Numbered from the stretch's first letter, positions 1-10,351 are shown. The stretch is 52,866 nt of DNA from Candidatus Nanopelagicales bacterium (GCA_041687715.1 JBDNJO010000034.1:1-52866); one strand, 5' to 3'. Numbers and translations are program-made. The notes: generated by a model not told the origin, from the letters alone.

Positions 1-309
1 CGCGAAAAAGAATCCCTGATAAGAAGCTGACGCAATTGCCATAATCCAAACACCTCGGCGAGTAAGCAACCTAGGGAGGTTTTTGACCTTGCCGCCAAAA
101 AATGGCGCAAGTAACAAAAGAGTTAGGGCTCCTAATACCAGGCGAATAAAACCCACAACAGGCGCAGTGCTATTAAACGGATACAAAACCGCAGCCGTTC
201 CTGCAGTCCCAGCAAGTCCATTACCCAAAAGAGATAGCGAAACGGATCTGCCCGCATGATTTGAGGCATTTGCAACTAGCTCAGTCACAAAGGGTCCTGG
301 GTTTTGCAT
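1..309 (-). CDS. EamA/DMT family transporter, N-terminal part (runs off window); paralog of 8839..9786
   Basis: Not in the ORF track. Manual translation MQNPGPFVTELVANASNHAGRSVSLSLLGNGLAGTAGT...LLAPFFGGK...GVWIMAIASASYQGFFFA aligns with the 8839..9786 protein (HAGRSVSLSLLGNALAGTAGT...LAPFFGGK...GVWIMAASSASYQAFFFA). Start uncertain (ATG 309 or GTG 288). Confidence 0.85.
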   Translation of the reverse strand, partial: MQNPGPFVTELVANASNHAGRSVSLSLLGNGLAGTAGTAAVLYPFNSTAPVVGFIRLVLGALTLLLLAPFFGGKVKNLPRLLTRRGVWIMAIASASYQGFFFA

Positions 310-525
310 CACTTGCCACGCTTGAATCTTATTTCAAACCCAATTGAGTATTGCTGACAATCGATTGCTTTTCGATACACAATGCAGCTAGCAGTTACCT
401 ACGTAACCCAAATGCAATACCTGAGACCAGGTGCTGTAGGCGCTGGCAAACCAGGCATAACTTTGGTCGCGTTCGCCACGCAACCTCACTCAACCGCCGT
501 GAAGAAAATCAAGTAATCTGAGTCA

Positions 526-1434
526 ATGCGAATCGTCAGCTTGTTACCTTCAACCACCGAAATTATCTTTGACCTTGGATTGTCAGATCAATTACTTGGC
601 GTAACTTTTGAATGCAACTACCCCGAACAGGCCCAGGTGGATAGAGAAATTGTCGTTGGAGGCATGGATACTAAACTCCTGACTCCACTGCAAATTGATG
701 AGTTGGTTCGCGAACGGATGGCAGGTGGCGGTGGGCTCTACACCCTAGATGAGGCTGCGCTATCGCGTTGCAATCCAGATCTTATTTTGAGTCAAGATCT
801 ATGCCGGGTATGCGCGGTGGCCAGTGGCGATGTGGATGAAGCGTTGGAGCGGCTAAATTGTCACGCTACCGTTTTGCAAATTGATCCGCAAAACCTGTCC
901 GAGGTAATCGAATCTGTACAGACAGTCGCGGATGCAGCAGGAGTTTCGCAACGAGGAAGCGAACTCGTTACTTCGCTGCGGGCACGCCTTGCGGCCTTGC
1001 AAGAGCGGGTCACGCTGCATCAAGGTCAAAAAGCGCGCCCCAGAGTTTTCGTTTTGGAATGGGTTGATCCACCGTTTCTCAGTGGCCATTGGGTTCCTGA
1101 CATTGTGAGCGCTGCTGGCGGTGACCCTGTTCTGGCGCTACCCGGCGAACGCTCAGTGCAAACTGATTGGGAAAGCATTAACGCGAGCCAGCCTGAACAC
1201 ATCATCATTTCGCCATGTGGCTTTGACCTTGATGGTGCCACCGCACAAGCGTCAGCCATTATGGACAAACTTGCTTTGAACTGTGCGGTTTGGGCGATCG
1301 ATGCTGACGCCGTAATTGTGCGGCCCGGACCTCGCCTAGTGGATGGCGCGCAAGCTATTGCCGCTGCCCTATTTGGCGCTCAGGTTGCTGGACTCGAAGA
1401 GTTTCCAGGTCACATTATCCGCAGGCTGCGATAG
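526..1434 (+). CDS. BtuF-like cobalamin/iron-siderophore binding protein (helical-backbone family), no signal peptide
   Basis: MRIVSLLPSTTEI, LLGVTFEC, PDLILSQDLCRVCAV, EWVDPPFLSGHWVP, RPGPRLVDG motifs; TAATCT-N6-ATG leaderless start. Confidence 0.75.
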   Translation: MRIVSLLPSTTEIIFDLGLSDQLLGVTFECNYPEQAQVDREIVVGGMDTKLLTPLQIDELVRERMAGGGGLYTLDEAALSRCNPDLILSQDLCRVCAVASGDVDEALERLNCHATVLQIDPQNLSEVIESVQTVADAAGVSQRGSELVTSLRARLAALQERVTLHQGQKARPRVFVLEWVDPPFLSGHWVPDIVSAAGGDPVLALPGERSVQTDWESINASQPEHIIISPCGFDLDGATAQASAIMDKLALNCAVWAIDADAVIVRPGPRLVDGAQAIAAALFGAQVAGLEEFPGHIIRRLR

Positions 1435-1890
1435 TTTCTAAGCCACGTGTAATTAGGACTTTTACTGAATCTAGATAAAAGTATTAACAAAATTTAAATA
1501 CTTCTCTTCTGTTAATGCCATTTCGTTTTAGTTTTACAACGGTGCTGTGAACTAGCAGCCTTTTTTTTTGCATTATCAGGGAATTTATCAAATTGTGATC
1601 TGTCATTAAACGCCAGTAAACAAGGGTTATTTGAATTTGCATTTGAGAAAGCGAAGCTCAGAACTTTCTCCAATAGCTGCATTTGACTCAAGTAAAGAGT
1701 TGGCACTTGGCGTTTCATTCCTCATTGCAACGTCAGCTCGCAGTAATTCAGGTGCTTCACCGGAAATCTTTGACTCCCCAAACACCGGCTGTCATACTTA
1801 ATAAAAGACCAATGGCTGCAATGTCAACGCCTAAATTATGACCCGCACAGTGCTCGCAAGCAGCGGATCAATGATCAAAGGAACACAGTC

Positions 1891-4092
1891 ATGCCAATAG
1901 AAGCGTTGAACTCAGACCAGTTAATAGTCGTCGCCAACAGGCTCCCCCTAGAGCCGATCTACACAGATGAAGATCCAAATTCTGGCCCCGTTTCTTGGCG
2001 TCTTGCTCCTGGTGGACTCGTCAGTGCACTTGAATCCATCCTGCGTACCAGGCCCTCGATCTGGGTTGGCGCCGGTGACGAAGTGCCTGATGTGGACCTT
2101 GGCGAGATGCAGCTAGAGGCGGTGAGTCTGGATCCGCAGGATGCCCACGGCTACTACGAGGGCTTTTCCAATACAGCGATTTGGCCGCTCTACCACAGTT
2201 CAGTTGTGACCCCTGAGTTCCACCGCAATCACTTCACTGCCTATCAGCGCGTGAACCAAGCCTTTGCTGATCATGTGATCTCGATTGCCGAAGTGGGTGC
2301 AACCGTATGGGTGCACGACTATCAATTGCAACTCCTGCCGCAACTGCTTCGAGAGCGACGCCCAGACCTAGTCATCGGTTTCTTCTTGCACATTCCGTTT
2401 CCGCCAAGCGAGCTTTTCGCTCAATTGCCTTGGAGACATAGCATCCTCCAAGGTCTGCTTGGCGCCGACCTCATCGGGTTCCAATCCCACGGCGATGCAA
2501 CCAATTTCGGGGATTCAACTCAGCGCTTACTCGGGACCAATATCCATTCAGGCAGAGTTTTACTCAGTGATCGACATGCTGAGATAGGGGTGTTCCCAGT
2601 CGGAATCGACGCAGCGGGATTTGCCGAGATCGCAGCAAGCCCCGCGGTGCGTGCACGGGCAGTTGAGCTTCGCACCGAACTTGGTAACCCAAAGACTCTG
2701 CTACTGGGTGTCGATCGACTTGATTACACGAAGGGGATCGACATCCGACTGAAGGCATTCGCTGAGGTACTTGAGTCAGGTCAACTCGATCCCACCGAAA
2801 CCGTCTTTGTCCAGGTTGCCGTTCCCTCCCGTGAAGATCTCTCCGAGTACCAGAACATCAGGGACGAGATCGAGCTGCTCGTTGGACGGTTTAATGGATC
2901 GCTGTCGAGCTTGGGTGCTACCCCAATTCACTACCTGCGACGAGGTTTGGAGCGCGAGGAATTGGTGGCGCTCTACCTCGCCGCAGATGTGATGCTCGTG
3001 ACTCCACTTCGTGATGGGATGAATCTCGTATGCAAGGAATACATCGCCTCGCGCAATGACGACTCTGGGGCCCTAATCCTCAGCGAGTTCACCGGCGCTG
3101 CTGCTCAACTCACCGATGCGTGGCTGGTCAATCCATTCGATACCGTAGGCCTGGAAGTTGCCATCTGCGATGTCGTGCTTGCAGAAAACCAGGACCGAAG
3201 AAATCGCATGCACCGAATGCGCAAGGTCGTATTCGAATCTGATTCGAGTGCATGGGCCAATGATTTCTTGGGAACTCTGCACTCAATTGCGGTGGGTGGC
3301 GATGACGCACCTGCGCCGAAGCTGGTGAATCTCAAGGACTCGTTCCTGAACCTACTGGCAGCAACGCCCCACCTTCTTGTCTGCTGTGACTATGACGGCA
3401 CGCTTGCCCCAATAGTTGATGACCCGTCGCTTGCGCAACCATTAGCAGATGCTGTTGTCGCACTTCGAGAACTCTCGCTGCTCCCATCAACCACAGTGGC
3501 CGTTATATCTGGCCGAGCACTTAGTGATGTCGCGGAACTTTCTCAGTTACCGAGTGAAATACATCTAGTGGGAAGCCACGGTGCCGAGATGGACGTTGAA
3601 TTCACACCCAACTCGCAACAGCGCCGACTCTTGGACCAGTGTGTTGCTGCAAGTACTGAACTGAGTTCAGACATTGACGGCGCCCATATCGAGATTAAGC
3701 CTGGCAGTGTCGCCGTTCATGTGCGCCGTTGTTCACCCGCGGACGGCAAGGACCTAATTGAACGCATCGTTATGGGCCCCGGGCAGTTTCCGGGGATTGT
3801 TGTGCAACAAGGCAAGAAAGTAATTGAACTCAGCGTTTTGCACGCCCAAAAGTCAGACGCCGTTGCCGCGCTCCAGCATCGGGTAGGTGCCAGCATGACC
3901 TTATTCATCGGCGACGACGTCACCGATGAGTCCGTATTCACAACACTCAGCAGTCAAGATGTCGGAGTGAAGGTCGGCGATGGTTCTACCGCAGCGCCGT
4001 GGCGGGTAAATGCACCACAGGATGTTGTCGATCTACTCTTTGAACTCTCCAAGCAGCGAGAGCGTTGGCTTCTTGGTGGCATACATTCTTGA
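1891..4092 (+). CDS. otsAB: Bifunctional trehalose-6-phosphate synthase (GT20) / trehalose-6-phosphate phosphatase (HAD)
   Basis: OtsA motifs [62 protein letters not shown]; HAD motifs [28 protein letters not shown]. Confidence 0.93.
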   Translation: MPIEALNSDQLIVVANRLPLEPIYTDEDPNSGPVSWRLAPGGLVSALESILRTRPSIWVGAGDEVPDVDLGEMQLEAVSLDPQDAHGYYEGFSNTAIWPLYHSSVVTPEFHRNHFTAYQRVNQAFADHVISIAEVGATVWVHDYQLQLLPQLLRERRPDLVIGFFLHIPFPPSELFAQLPWRHSILQGLLGADLIGFQSHGDATNFGDSTQRLLGTNIHSGRVLLSDRHAEIGVFPVGIDAAGFAEIAASPAVRARAVELRTELGNPKTLLLGVDRLDYTKGIDIRLKAFAEVLESGQLDPTETVFVQVAVPSREDLSEYQNIRDEIELLVGRFNGSLSSLGATPIHYLRRGLEREELVALYLAADVMLVTPLRDGMNLVCKEYIASRNDDSGALILSEFTGAAAQLTDAWLVNPFDTVGLEVAICDVVLAENQDRRNRMHRMRKVVFESDSSAWANDFLGTLHSIAVGGDDAPAPKLVNLKDSFLNLLAATPHLLVCCDYDGTLAPIVDDPSLAQPLADAVVALRELSLLPSTTVAVISGRALSDVAELSQLPSEIHLVGSHGAEMDVEFTPNSQQRRLLDQCVAASTELSSDIDGAHIEIKPGSVAVHVRRCSPADGKDLIERIVMGPGQFPGIVVQQGKKVIELSVLHAQKSDAVAALQHRVGASMTLFIGDDVTDESVFTTLSSQDVGVKVGDGSTAAPWRVNAPQDVVDLLFELSKQRERWLLGGIHS

Positions 4093-4212
4093 GGAAACAC
4101 TCGAGGTTACCTACAACCTCGATGAGAAGATGGTGGCAAATACCTACTCGCAGGGTGATGCCGACAACCACAGCCGGCGTTTGCCCAGGCACGTGCGAAC
4201 TTCGGGGAAAAT

Positions 4213-4722
4213 TTAAGGGAGTAGTAGCGAGTTCTTAACTCTAGATTGTTGTTGGCTGACGACTTCAACCCGCCCATTTAACTTTCTTTCCTCGGATAGT
4301 TTTTCTCTTACGGTGATTTTGATAGCAGGGTCAACTGATTTGGCATACTCACAGGCCAGTTGAGCTCGAAGCCGCACAGCTCGATACATTGAATTCCGTT
4401 GTTCAGGAAGACTTACACCCGTGCAGACAAAGTTTCGATTTCCTTTGCCCTTGGCCTTAGCTTTTGAGTTTGCCAGGATCTCCCTGATCTCGGATTTTTG
4501 CTGGAGAGTTAAAGCGGTGGCTCTACCTGGGTGATCCGACAACACTTTGACAAAGCGCGCTGTGGAATCGCTCTTTGGAACTCCATGAATAGTGAGCGCT
4601 GCACTATGGGCTTTTTGCGCGTATTGCTGCAAGTTGTCGGCGGCAGCAGACGTTGAATGAGTCGATAACCCCAAAAACGCCAATGCTGTGGCTGTTTTTG
4701 TCCAGAGCTTCATGTCACTCAC
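4213..4722 (-). CDS. Hypothetical secreted protein
   Basis: Signal-peptide-like N-terminus (MKLWTKTATALAFLGL...SAAA); AAGGTGAG upstream; no family recognised. Confidence 0.55.
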   Translation of the reverse strand: MSDMKLWTKTATALAFLGLSTHSTSAAADNLQQYAQKAHSAALTIHGVPKSDSTARFVKVLSDHPGRATALTLQQKSEIREILANSKAKAKGKGNRNFVCTGVSLPEQRNSMYRAVRLRAQLACEYAKSVDPAIKITVREKLSEERKLNGRVEVVSQQQSRVKNSLLLP

Positions 4723-4830
4723 CTTTTTATCCGCTTAACAGAGTGCATGGGTGAATAGTCAAACACAATCAACGGATAAACTCTCTCCTCGGGCCCCGCC
4801 CCACTTGGCGAAGCAAGCCCAGAAGCCAAA

Positions 4831-5922
4831 CTAAGTCCTGTTCTTTCTGCCCTTAATAAGCCCAAGCTCATATGCCGTAGTCGCTACCAAGGTCATTGCC
4901 ACCAATGGAAGCACGAACCAAAGCATGATTGAGGTAAATCCGGTTGCCGCATCGTGCTGAGTTGAGGCAAGCACTAAGTAGAGGGTGTAGGCCACATAAA
5001 GTAGTACGAACAGTGCGCCCTCCCACCGCGCCACAAAAAAACCGGTAAACGCAAGTGGAACCAGGGCTAAAGCAGCGGCAAGCATCAAGGGTAAATCGAT
5101 CGCGATTGCTGCTGCTGCAACTGGGATGCCCTCACCGAACAAAATTGCTGGAATACCAATCACGATGCCGATGTTGAAAATATTACTTCCAACAACATTT
5201 CCAACCGCCATGTCTGTTTCCCCGCGTCGAATCGCAATCAATGAAGTTGCAAGTTCCGGCAGCGAGGTGCCAATGGCGACAACTGTAAGCCCAATTACAA
5301 GGCTGCTAATTCCTAACTCAGTAGCGATGTTCACGGCTCCAGTTACCAAGAGCTGAGCGCCTAGAACTAATAAACCGATACCCGCAATTAACAAAAGTAT
5401 TGCCAACCAAAGTGAAACAGGCTTGCTGTTTAACGGCATTTCGTCTGGCTTTGAAATTGGAGAAAGTTCTTTCTTGCGACCTAAAACGATGCTAATGACT
5501 GCATGAATTATCACAGCACTAAGAAGAAGTAGTCCATCAAACAAGCTGATTCGACCGTCAAGACAAACGACAAGAAACATAATTGACATTCCGACCATTA
5601 CTGGCATGTCGAATCGAACTAGTTGTCGCTTAATAATTAACGGACTTATAACCGCCGATAGTCCCAGAATTAAAAGAATGTTTACGATGTTACTTCCGAC
5701 AACATTTCCAACTGCTAAATCTGGCTCACCATCTAGCATCGCGCCAACAGTTACTGCGAGCTCTGGGGCAGAAGTTGCTGCCGAGACCACCACCAAGCCG
5801 ATAACTAGCGGCGAAATACCCGCCTTAGATGCCAGGGTTCCAGCGCCTCGAACCAGCGCTTCACCGCCTCCAATAAGGAGTACCAGTCCGGCTATAACTA
5901 ACCCAATGTCCATAACGCTCAC
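4831..5922 (-). CDS. Calcium/sodium antiporter (CaCA, YrbG-like)
   Basis: Duplicated alpha-repeats ATSAPEL...GNVVGSNIVN and GTSLPEL...GNVVGSNIFN; about 10 TM. Confidence 0.9.
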   Translation of the reverse strand: MSVMDIGLVIAGLVLLIGGGEALVRGAGTLASKAGISPLVIGLVVVSAATSAPELAVTVGAMLDGEPDLAVGNVVGSNIVNILLILGLSAVISPLIIKRQLVRFDMPVMVGMSIMFLVVCLDGRISLFDGLLLLSAVIIHAVISIVLGRKKELSPISKPDEMPLNSKPVSLWLAILLLIAGIGLLVLGAQLLVTGAVNIATELGISSLVIGLTVVAIGTSLPELATSLIAIRRGETDMAVGNVVGSNIFNIGIVIGIPAILFGEGIPVAAAAIAIDLPLMLAAALALVPLAFTGFFVARWEGALFVLLYVAYTLYLVLASTQHDAATGFTSIMLWFVLPLVAMTLVATTAYELGLIKGRKNRT

Positions 5923-6112
5923 ACTTTCTAGGGTAATCGATTATTTTGAGCGACCGATTCCAGGCGTTTACTTGCGCGTTAAATTGCTAGGAAAACACCT
6001 GCAATTTCTATATGTGAAGCCCTGATCTGGCGGAACTAGACCGTTATGATTATGGGCAAACACTCCAGCGGCAACACATTTGCCTCGCTAGAGATTGCGG
6101 AAAAGAGCAAAG

Positions 6113-7849
6113 ATGACCAACAGTCCGTGGCTAGCTCACTATCCAAGTGATGTTCCACATCAACTTCCAGCAGCTGCATTCGCTAATTTGCCAGAACTCC
6201 TTAGGAGTTCAGCGAGCCAATACAAAAAGCAAATCGCTTTCACGCAGGTGATGCCAAATGGTATGAATGGCTCTTTGACTTACGCTGAAGTTGATCGGCT
6301 TTCTGATCACTTTGCGGCCTATCTTCGCGAAGATCTTGGTTTAGCCGCTGGCGACAGAGTTGCAGTGCAAGTACCCAATTGCTTGAGCTTTCCAATACTC
6401 GCCTTCGGTATTTTTAAAGCAGGTTGTGTTTTGGTTAACACAAATCCGCTGTACACCGCAAATGAAATGATTCACCAATTCAGCGACTCTGGCGCTAAAA
6501 CTTTAGTCGTCATCGATATGTTTGCCGATCGCCTACCAGCAGTCCTGGCAAGTACCAGTATTGAAAATGTTGTAACTGTAAAGATCTCAGAATTCTTCCC
6601 AACCATGGTTGGCGGAGTAATTCGCGGAGTTCAAAAATTCTGGAGTAAGACGATTCCGAAAATTGAAGTTAAGCACACTAAATTTTCAGCAGCTATATCT
6701 TCGGGTAAAGCTAAATACCAAGAAAATAAGGTCAGCGGCTACATAACAGGTCTAAATTCCGAGACCTTAGCTGCGCTGCAGTACACCGGTGGAACCACTG
6801 GGGTTTCAAAAGGCGCGATGTTAAGTCATGGCAACTTGGTGGCGAATACGTTGCAGATGATTGCCCATTGTGGCAGCGGCATGCGCGCTGGCAAAGAAAC
6901 AGTTCTAACTGCGCTACCGCTATATCACGTGTTTGCTTTCACCGTTAACTTGTTAGGTTTCTACTACAACGGAGCAAGAAACATCCTGGTGCCATCACCA
7001 AGACCACCTGGTAATCTTCGGCGCGCCTTTGATAACTACAAAATCACTTGGCTAAGTGGTGTGAATACTCTTTTTAACGCGTTACTTAATGAGCGTTGGT
7101 TTCAAGACGCACCTCCTAAGTATTTACATGCCTCCGCCGCTGGTGGAATGGCGCTTCAGGCTTCAGTTGCTACCCGTTGGCGCGAGTTAACTGGCACTCC
7201 AATTGTTGAAGGCTACGGATTAACGGAATCATCTCCAGTTTTAACCTTTAACCCTTTAACCGGCACAGCAAAAGATGGCACTGTGGGCATTCCAGTTCCA
7301 TCAACTGAACTTAAATGTGTCGATGAAAACGGCAACGAAGTTCCTGTTGGGCAACCAGGAGAAATAATTGCGCGCGGTCCACAGGTAATGCTTGGCTATT
7401 GGCACAGGCCCGATGAAAGCGCAAAATCTCTTCAGAATGGCTGGCTCCACACGGGCGACGTTGCCTCCATGGACGCAGATGGCTACTTCACGATTGTTGA
7501 TCGAACTCACGACATGATTCTGGTCAACGGTTTCAACGTTTATCCAAATGAGATTGAAGAGCAAATTGCTGCAGTTCCTGGAGTTCTTGAAGTTGGGGTT
7601 ATTGGTGTTCCCGACGAGCAAACTGGTGAACGGGTGCAGGCCTACATTAAGGCCTCAGTTCCTGCCCCTAGTCCAGCTGAAGTGACTGCTTACTGCCGAA
7701 CAAATCTATCGGCCTACAAAATTCCGCAGGACATCATCTTTGTTGACGAACTTCCAAAAAGCCCAATAGGCAAAATTCTTCGTCGCACTTTGCGCGATGA
7801 AGCTACTGCTTCTAGATCAGCTAAATCCGACGCCAACAAGGGGGCTTAA
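6113..7849 (+). CDS. fadD: Long-chain fatty acid-CoA ligase
   Basis: LQYTGGTTGVSKGAMLSH, EGYGLTESSP, GWLHTGD, LPKSPIGKILRR; start moved to ATG 6113. Confidence 0.85.
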   Translation: MTNSPWLAHYPSDVPHQLPAAAFANLPELLRSSASQYKKQIAFTQVMPNGMNGSLTYAEVDRLSDHFAAYLREDLGLAAGDRVAVQVPNCLSFPILAFGIFKAGCVLVNTNPLYTANEMIHQFSDSGAKTLVVIDMFADRLPAVLASTSIENVVTVKISEFFPTMVGGVIRGVQKFWSKTIPKIEVKHTKFSAAISSGKAKYQENKVSGYITGLNSETLAALQYTGGTTGVSKGAMLSHGNLVANTLQMIAHCGSGMRAGKETVLTALPLYHVFAFTVNLLGFYYNGARNILVPSPRPPGNLRRAFDNYKITWLSGVNTLFNALLNERWFQDAPPKYLHASAAGGMALQASVATRWRELTGTPIVEGYGLTESSPVLTFNPLTGTAKDGTVGIPVPSTELKCVDENGNEVPVGQPGEIIARGPQVMLGYWHRPDESAKSLQNGWLHTGDVASMDADGYFTIVDRTHDMILVNGFNVYPNEIEEQIAAVPGVLEVGVIGVPDEQTGERVQAYIKASVPAPSPAEVTAYCRTNLSAYKIPQDIIFVDELPKSPIGKILRRTLRDEATASRSAKSDANKGA

Positions 7850-7851
7850 CG

Positions 7852-8814
7852 ATGCGCACACTTAGAATCTTGAGCGAGGAAATTGCCAACGAAGCCACGG
7901 TTGTAAATGAATTCGAGCAAACTTTGCTGCGGATTTTTATTCTTGTTATCATGTTCGGCTTGGGCGCAGGATTAACACCAAAAGATTTCTCCTTGGCTAT
8001 CCGCCGGCCGTGGGGACTTGTAATTGGCTGGTTAACGCAATTTGGCATAATGCCACTTACTGCCTACCTCTTAATTGTGACTGTTCTTTTCCCATTTTCT
8101 AATGGTGGCGACGTCATGTTAATTGCTTTAGGTGCCTTGATCATGGGTAGTGTGCCAGCGGGCACTACCTCGAACCTGTTTACTTATTTCTCAAAAGGAA
8201 ATGTCGCACTCAGTGTCACGATGACGATCAATTCAACGCTGTGGGCTTTCATAATGACTCCCGCTGCGCTGCTTATTTACTCACGGCTGCTTGGCCTTGA
8301 TGAATCACTTCAAATTGAATTTGGGGAATTGGCAATTGTTATTGTTGGACTAATCATTCCAGTTGCTTTGGGAATGCTGGTACGTAAGTTCAGTTCAAAC
8401 ATTGGAGCTTTGTTGGAGTTGTTTGGCTCCGTCGTTGGATTGTTGTTTATTCCATTCTTGATTGCCATTTGGGTTCCACGAAACTGGGAGCTACTGCTCA
8501 CTACGCAGTGGCCAACTTACGTGGTTGCTATTGGAATGGGACTAGTTGGCATCACAGTCGCGTACTACCTCTCCAAGCTGCTTCGCTTGCACCCTATGAA
8601 TGCGCGCACTATTGCGCTGGAAACGGGCATCAACAACGGGCCATTGGCTATTGCTGTCATTGTCGCGGTTTACATTGAGAACCCTGGAGTGGACAAAATA
8701 CTTCTTGTTCCAGCGCTGTACTCGTTGTTTATCGTCATCATCTCAACGCTTGTAACGCTGGTGTTTAGGCGAGCAAACTTGGCAGCGGAACAAAAGATTC
8801 CTAATTTGCTTTAG
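7852..8814 (+). CDS. Bile acid:sodium symporter (BASS) family transporter
   Basis: IMFGLG, QFGIMPL, PAGTTSNLFTY, KGNVALSV, TIALETGINN motifs; starts 2 nt after the fadD stop. Confidence 0.88.
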   Translation: MRTLRILSEEIANEATVVNEFEQTLLRIFILVIMFGLGAGLTPKDFSLAIRRPWGLVIGWLTQFGIMPLTAYLLIVTVLFPFSNGGDVMLIALGALIMGSVPAGTTSNLFTYFSKGNVALSVTMTINSTLWAFIMTPAALLIYSRLLGLDESLQIEFGELAIVIVGLIIPVALGMLVRKFSSNIGALLELFGSVVGLLFIPFLIAIWVPRNWELLLTTQWPTYVVAIGMGLVGITVAYYLSKLLRLHPMNARTIALETGINNGPLAIAVIVAVYIENPGVDKILLVPALYSLFIVIISTLVTLVFRRANLAAEQKIPNLL

Positions 8815-8838
8815 CTAATTAATCTGCAAGCAAGGTAA

Positions 8839-9786
8839 CTAAGCTTTAGTTTTTTGGACGCTATCTTCTGCAGAAAAACCTTGCATCAACAGTCCAATTA
8901 CTACAAGTAATAGACCAGCTGCAAGATTAATGGTCAACTTCTCATTGAGTACGATAACCCCGAGCACGGCCGCCGTTACTGGGTCAGCCAGCATCATCGT
9001 TGAGGCAACGCCTGGACTAATTCCCCTAAGGCCAATGATTTGAATTCCATTAGCGATGCCCATGGTCACTGCCCCGAGATAAACAGCCAACAGAATCGTC
9101 TGTGTATTCCACTGCACCTGAAGTAACTCACTACGCACTATGAAAAACAGCCCAATCGATCCAAGTAAGAATGCCATTCCTGGCAACTGCATTGAGTGAG
9201 CGCCCGCGCGCACTTCTACTTTGGCAGCATTGATGTAGGCGCCAATTCCTGATCCAGCTGCGACCGCATAAAGCAATCCAGTTGCGTCATTAGTTTGCAG
9301 CTCCCCTACCGAAGCAATAACTAATCCGGATATCGCAATTGCAGTTGATAGCAGCCAGATCTTGCTTAAGCGTTCGCGCAAAAAAATCCAGCCAACAATT
9401 CCTGCAGAAACTGGAATACATCCAACAGTAATTAGGGCGGCCGTCGCTACCCCCGTGCGCTCAACTGAGGCAAAGAAAAATGCTTGGTAAGACGCAGAAC
9501 TAGCTGCCATTATCCAAACGCCAGGGCGAGTGATCAAAGGAATTAACGCTCGAATCTTGCCTCCAAAAAATGGCGCAAGTATGAGCAATGTGATCGCACC
9601 AATTGCAAGTCGAACGAATCCAATAACTGGAGATGGCGTATTTATTGCATAGATAGCGGCAACAGTTCCTGCGGTTCCCGCCAGTGCGTTACCAAGAAGC
9701 GATAACGACACCGATCTTCCAGCATGACTTCGGGCATCCAATGAAGGAGCAGGTGCTGCATTACTCAAAGTTTCCGCTGCACCCAC
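8839..9786 (-). CDS. EamA/DMT family transporter
   Basis: About 10 TM in two repeats; ERTGVATAALIT, WIFLRERLS, ADPVTAAVLGVIVLNEKL. Confidence 0.88.
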   Translation of the reverse strand: MGAAETLSNAAPAPSLDARSHAGRSVSLSLLGNALAGTAGTVAAIYAINTPSPVIGFVRLAIGAITLLILAPFFGGKIRALIPLITRPGVWIMAASSASYQAFFFASVERTGVATAALITVGCIPVSAGIVGWIFLRERLSKIWLLSTAIAISGLVIASVGELQTNDATGLLYAVAAGSGIGAYINAAKVEVRAGAHSMQLPGMAFLLGSIGLFFIVRSELLQVQWNTQTILLAVYLGAVTMGIANGIQIIGLRGISPGVASTMMLADPVTAAVLGVIVLNEKLTINLAAGLLLVVIGLLMQGFSAEDSVQKTKA

Positions 9787-9910
9787 GCTTGCATCTTATT
9801 TGAATTTCAGCACTTCCCTGCCCAATATCCGTTAAAGCCTGCAGTAATCCGATCATCACAAGCTACCTACTTAACGCGAAAATTATTGGATCTCAAGTTA
9901 ACCTTGGCTT

Positions 9911-10351
9911 ATTAACAGGATTGTAATTACTCTTATGGCCACTTTCTTGCTCAGTGGTTGTGCCTCGAATGCGCCTTTTGATAATTCAAAAAATGGTGTG
10001 TGCACTCCTGAGCAATCTCAATTAGTGACCGATCACATTGGTGCACAAATATCTGCCTTCCAGGACCAGGATTTTGAAAAAGCTTATTCTTATGCTGCAG
10101 TTTCGTTTCAAAAAGATATAGATTTAGATTCTTTCACTCAAAGCATTGAGGCACGATACTTCATGCTTATTGAGAATGATGGTGTTGATTTTGGTCAATG
10201 TGAAATTATCACCGGTGACGTAATACAGATAGTGATTGTTAAGAGTTCTAAGAACAATTTCGCTCTTAACTATGTGTTAAGCCTTGAAGATGGAAAACTT
10301 GGTGTCGTGGCTGCAGTTGTGACCTCAGCAAGCGAAAACACTATAACTTAA
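9911..10351 (+). CDS. Lipoprotein, DUF4864-like
   Basis: Lipobox LSGC; IGAQISAFQDQDFEKAYSYA...F...Y pattern typical of DUF4864. A full signal peptide needs a start at ATT 9911; the first ATG is 9935. Confidence 0.6.
   Translation: MNRIVITLMATFLLSGCASNAPFDNSKNGVCTPEQSQLVTDHIGAQISAFQDQDFEKAYSYAAVSFQKDIDLDSFTQSIEARYFMLIENDGVDFGQCEIITGDVIQIVIVKSSKNNFALNYVLSLEDGKLGVVAAVVTSASENTIT

Noticed and set aside
330-525. Cobalamin or TPP riboswitch upstream of the BtuF-like gene; 44-aa ORF at 382..516
   Set aside because: No B12-box or full TPP core (only an isolated CTGAGA); the gene looks leaderless; the mini-ORF has no RBS or recognisable features
9886-9910. SoxR-box-like CTCAAGTTAAC
   Set aside because: Right arm is broken (CTTGG), and the sequence is better explained as a TAACCT -10 element
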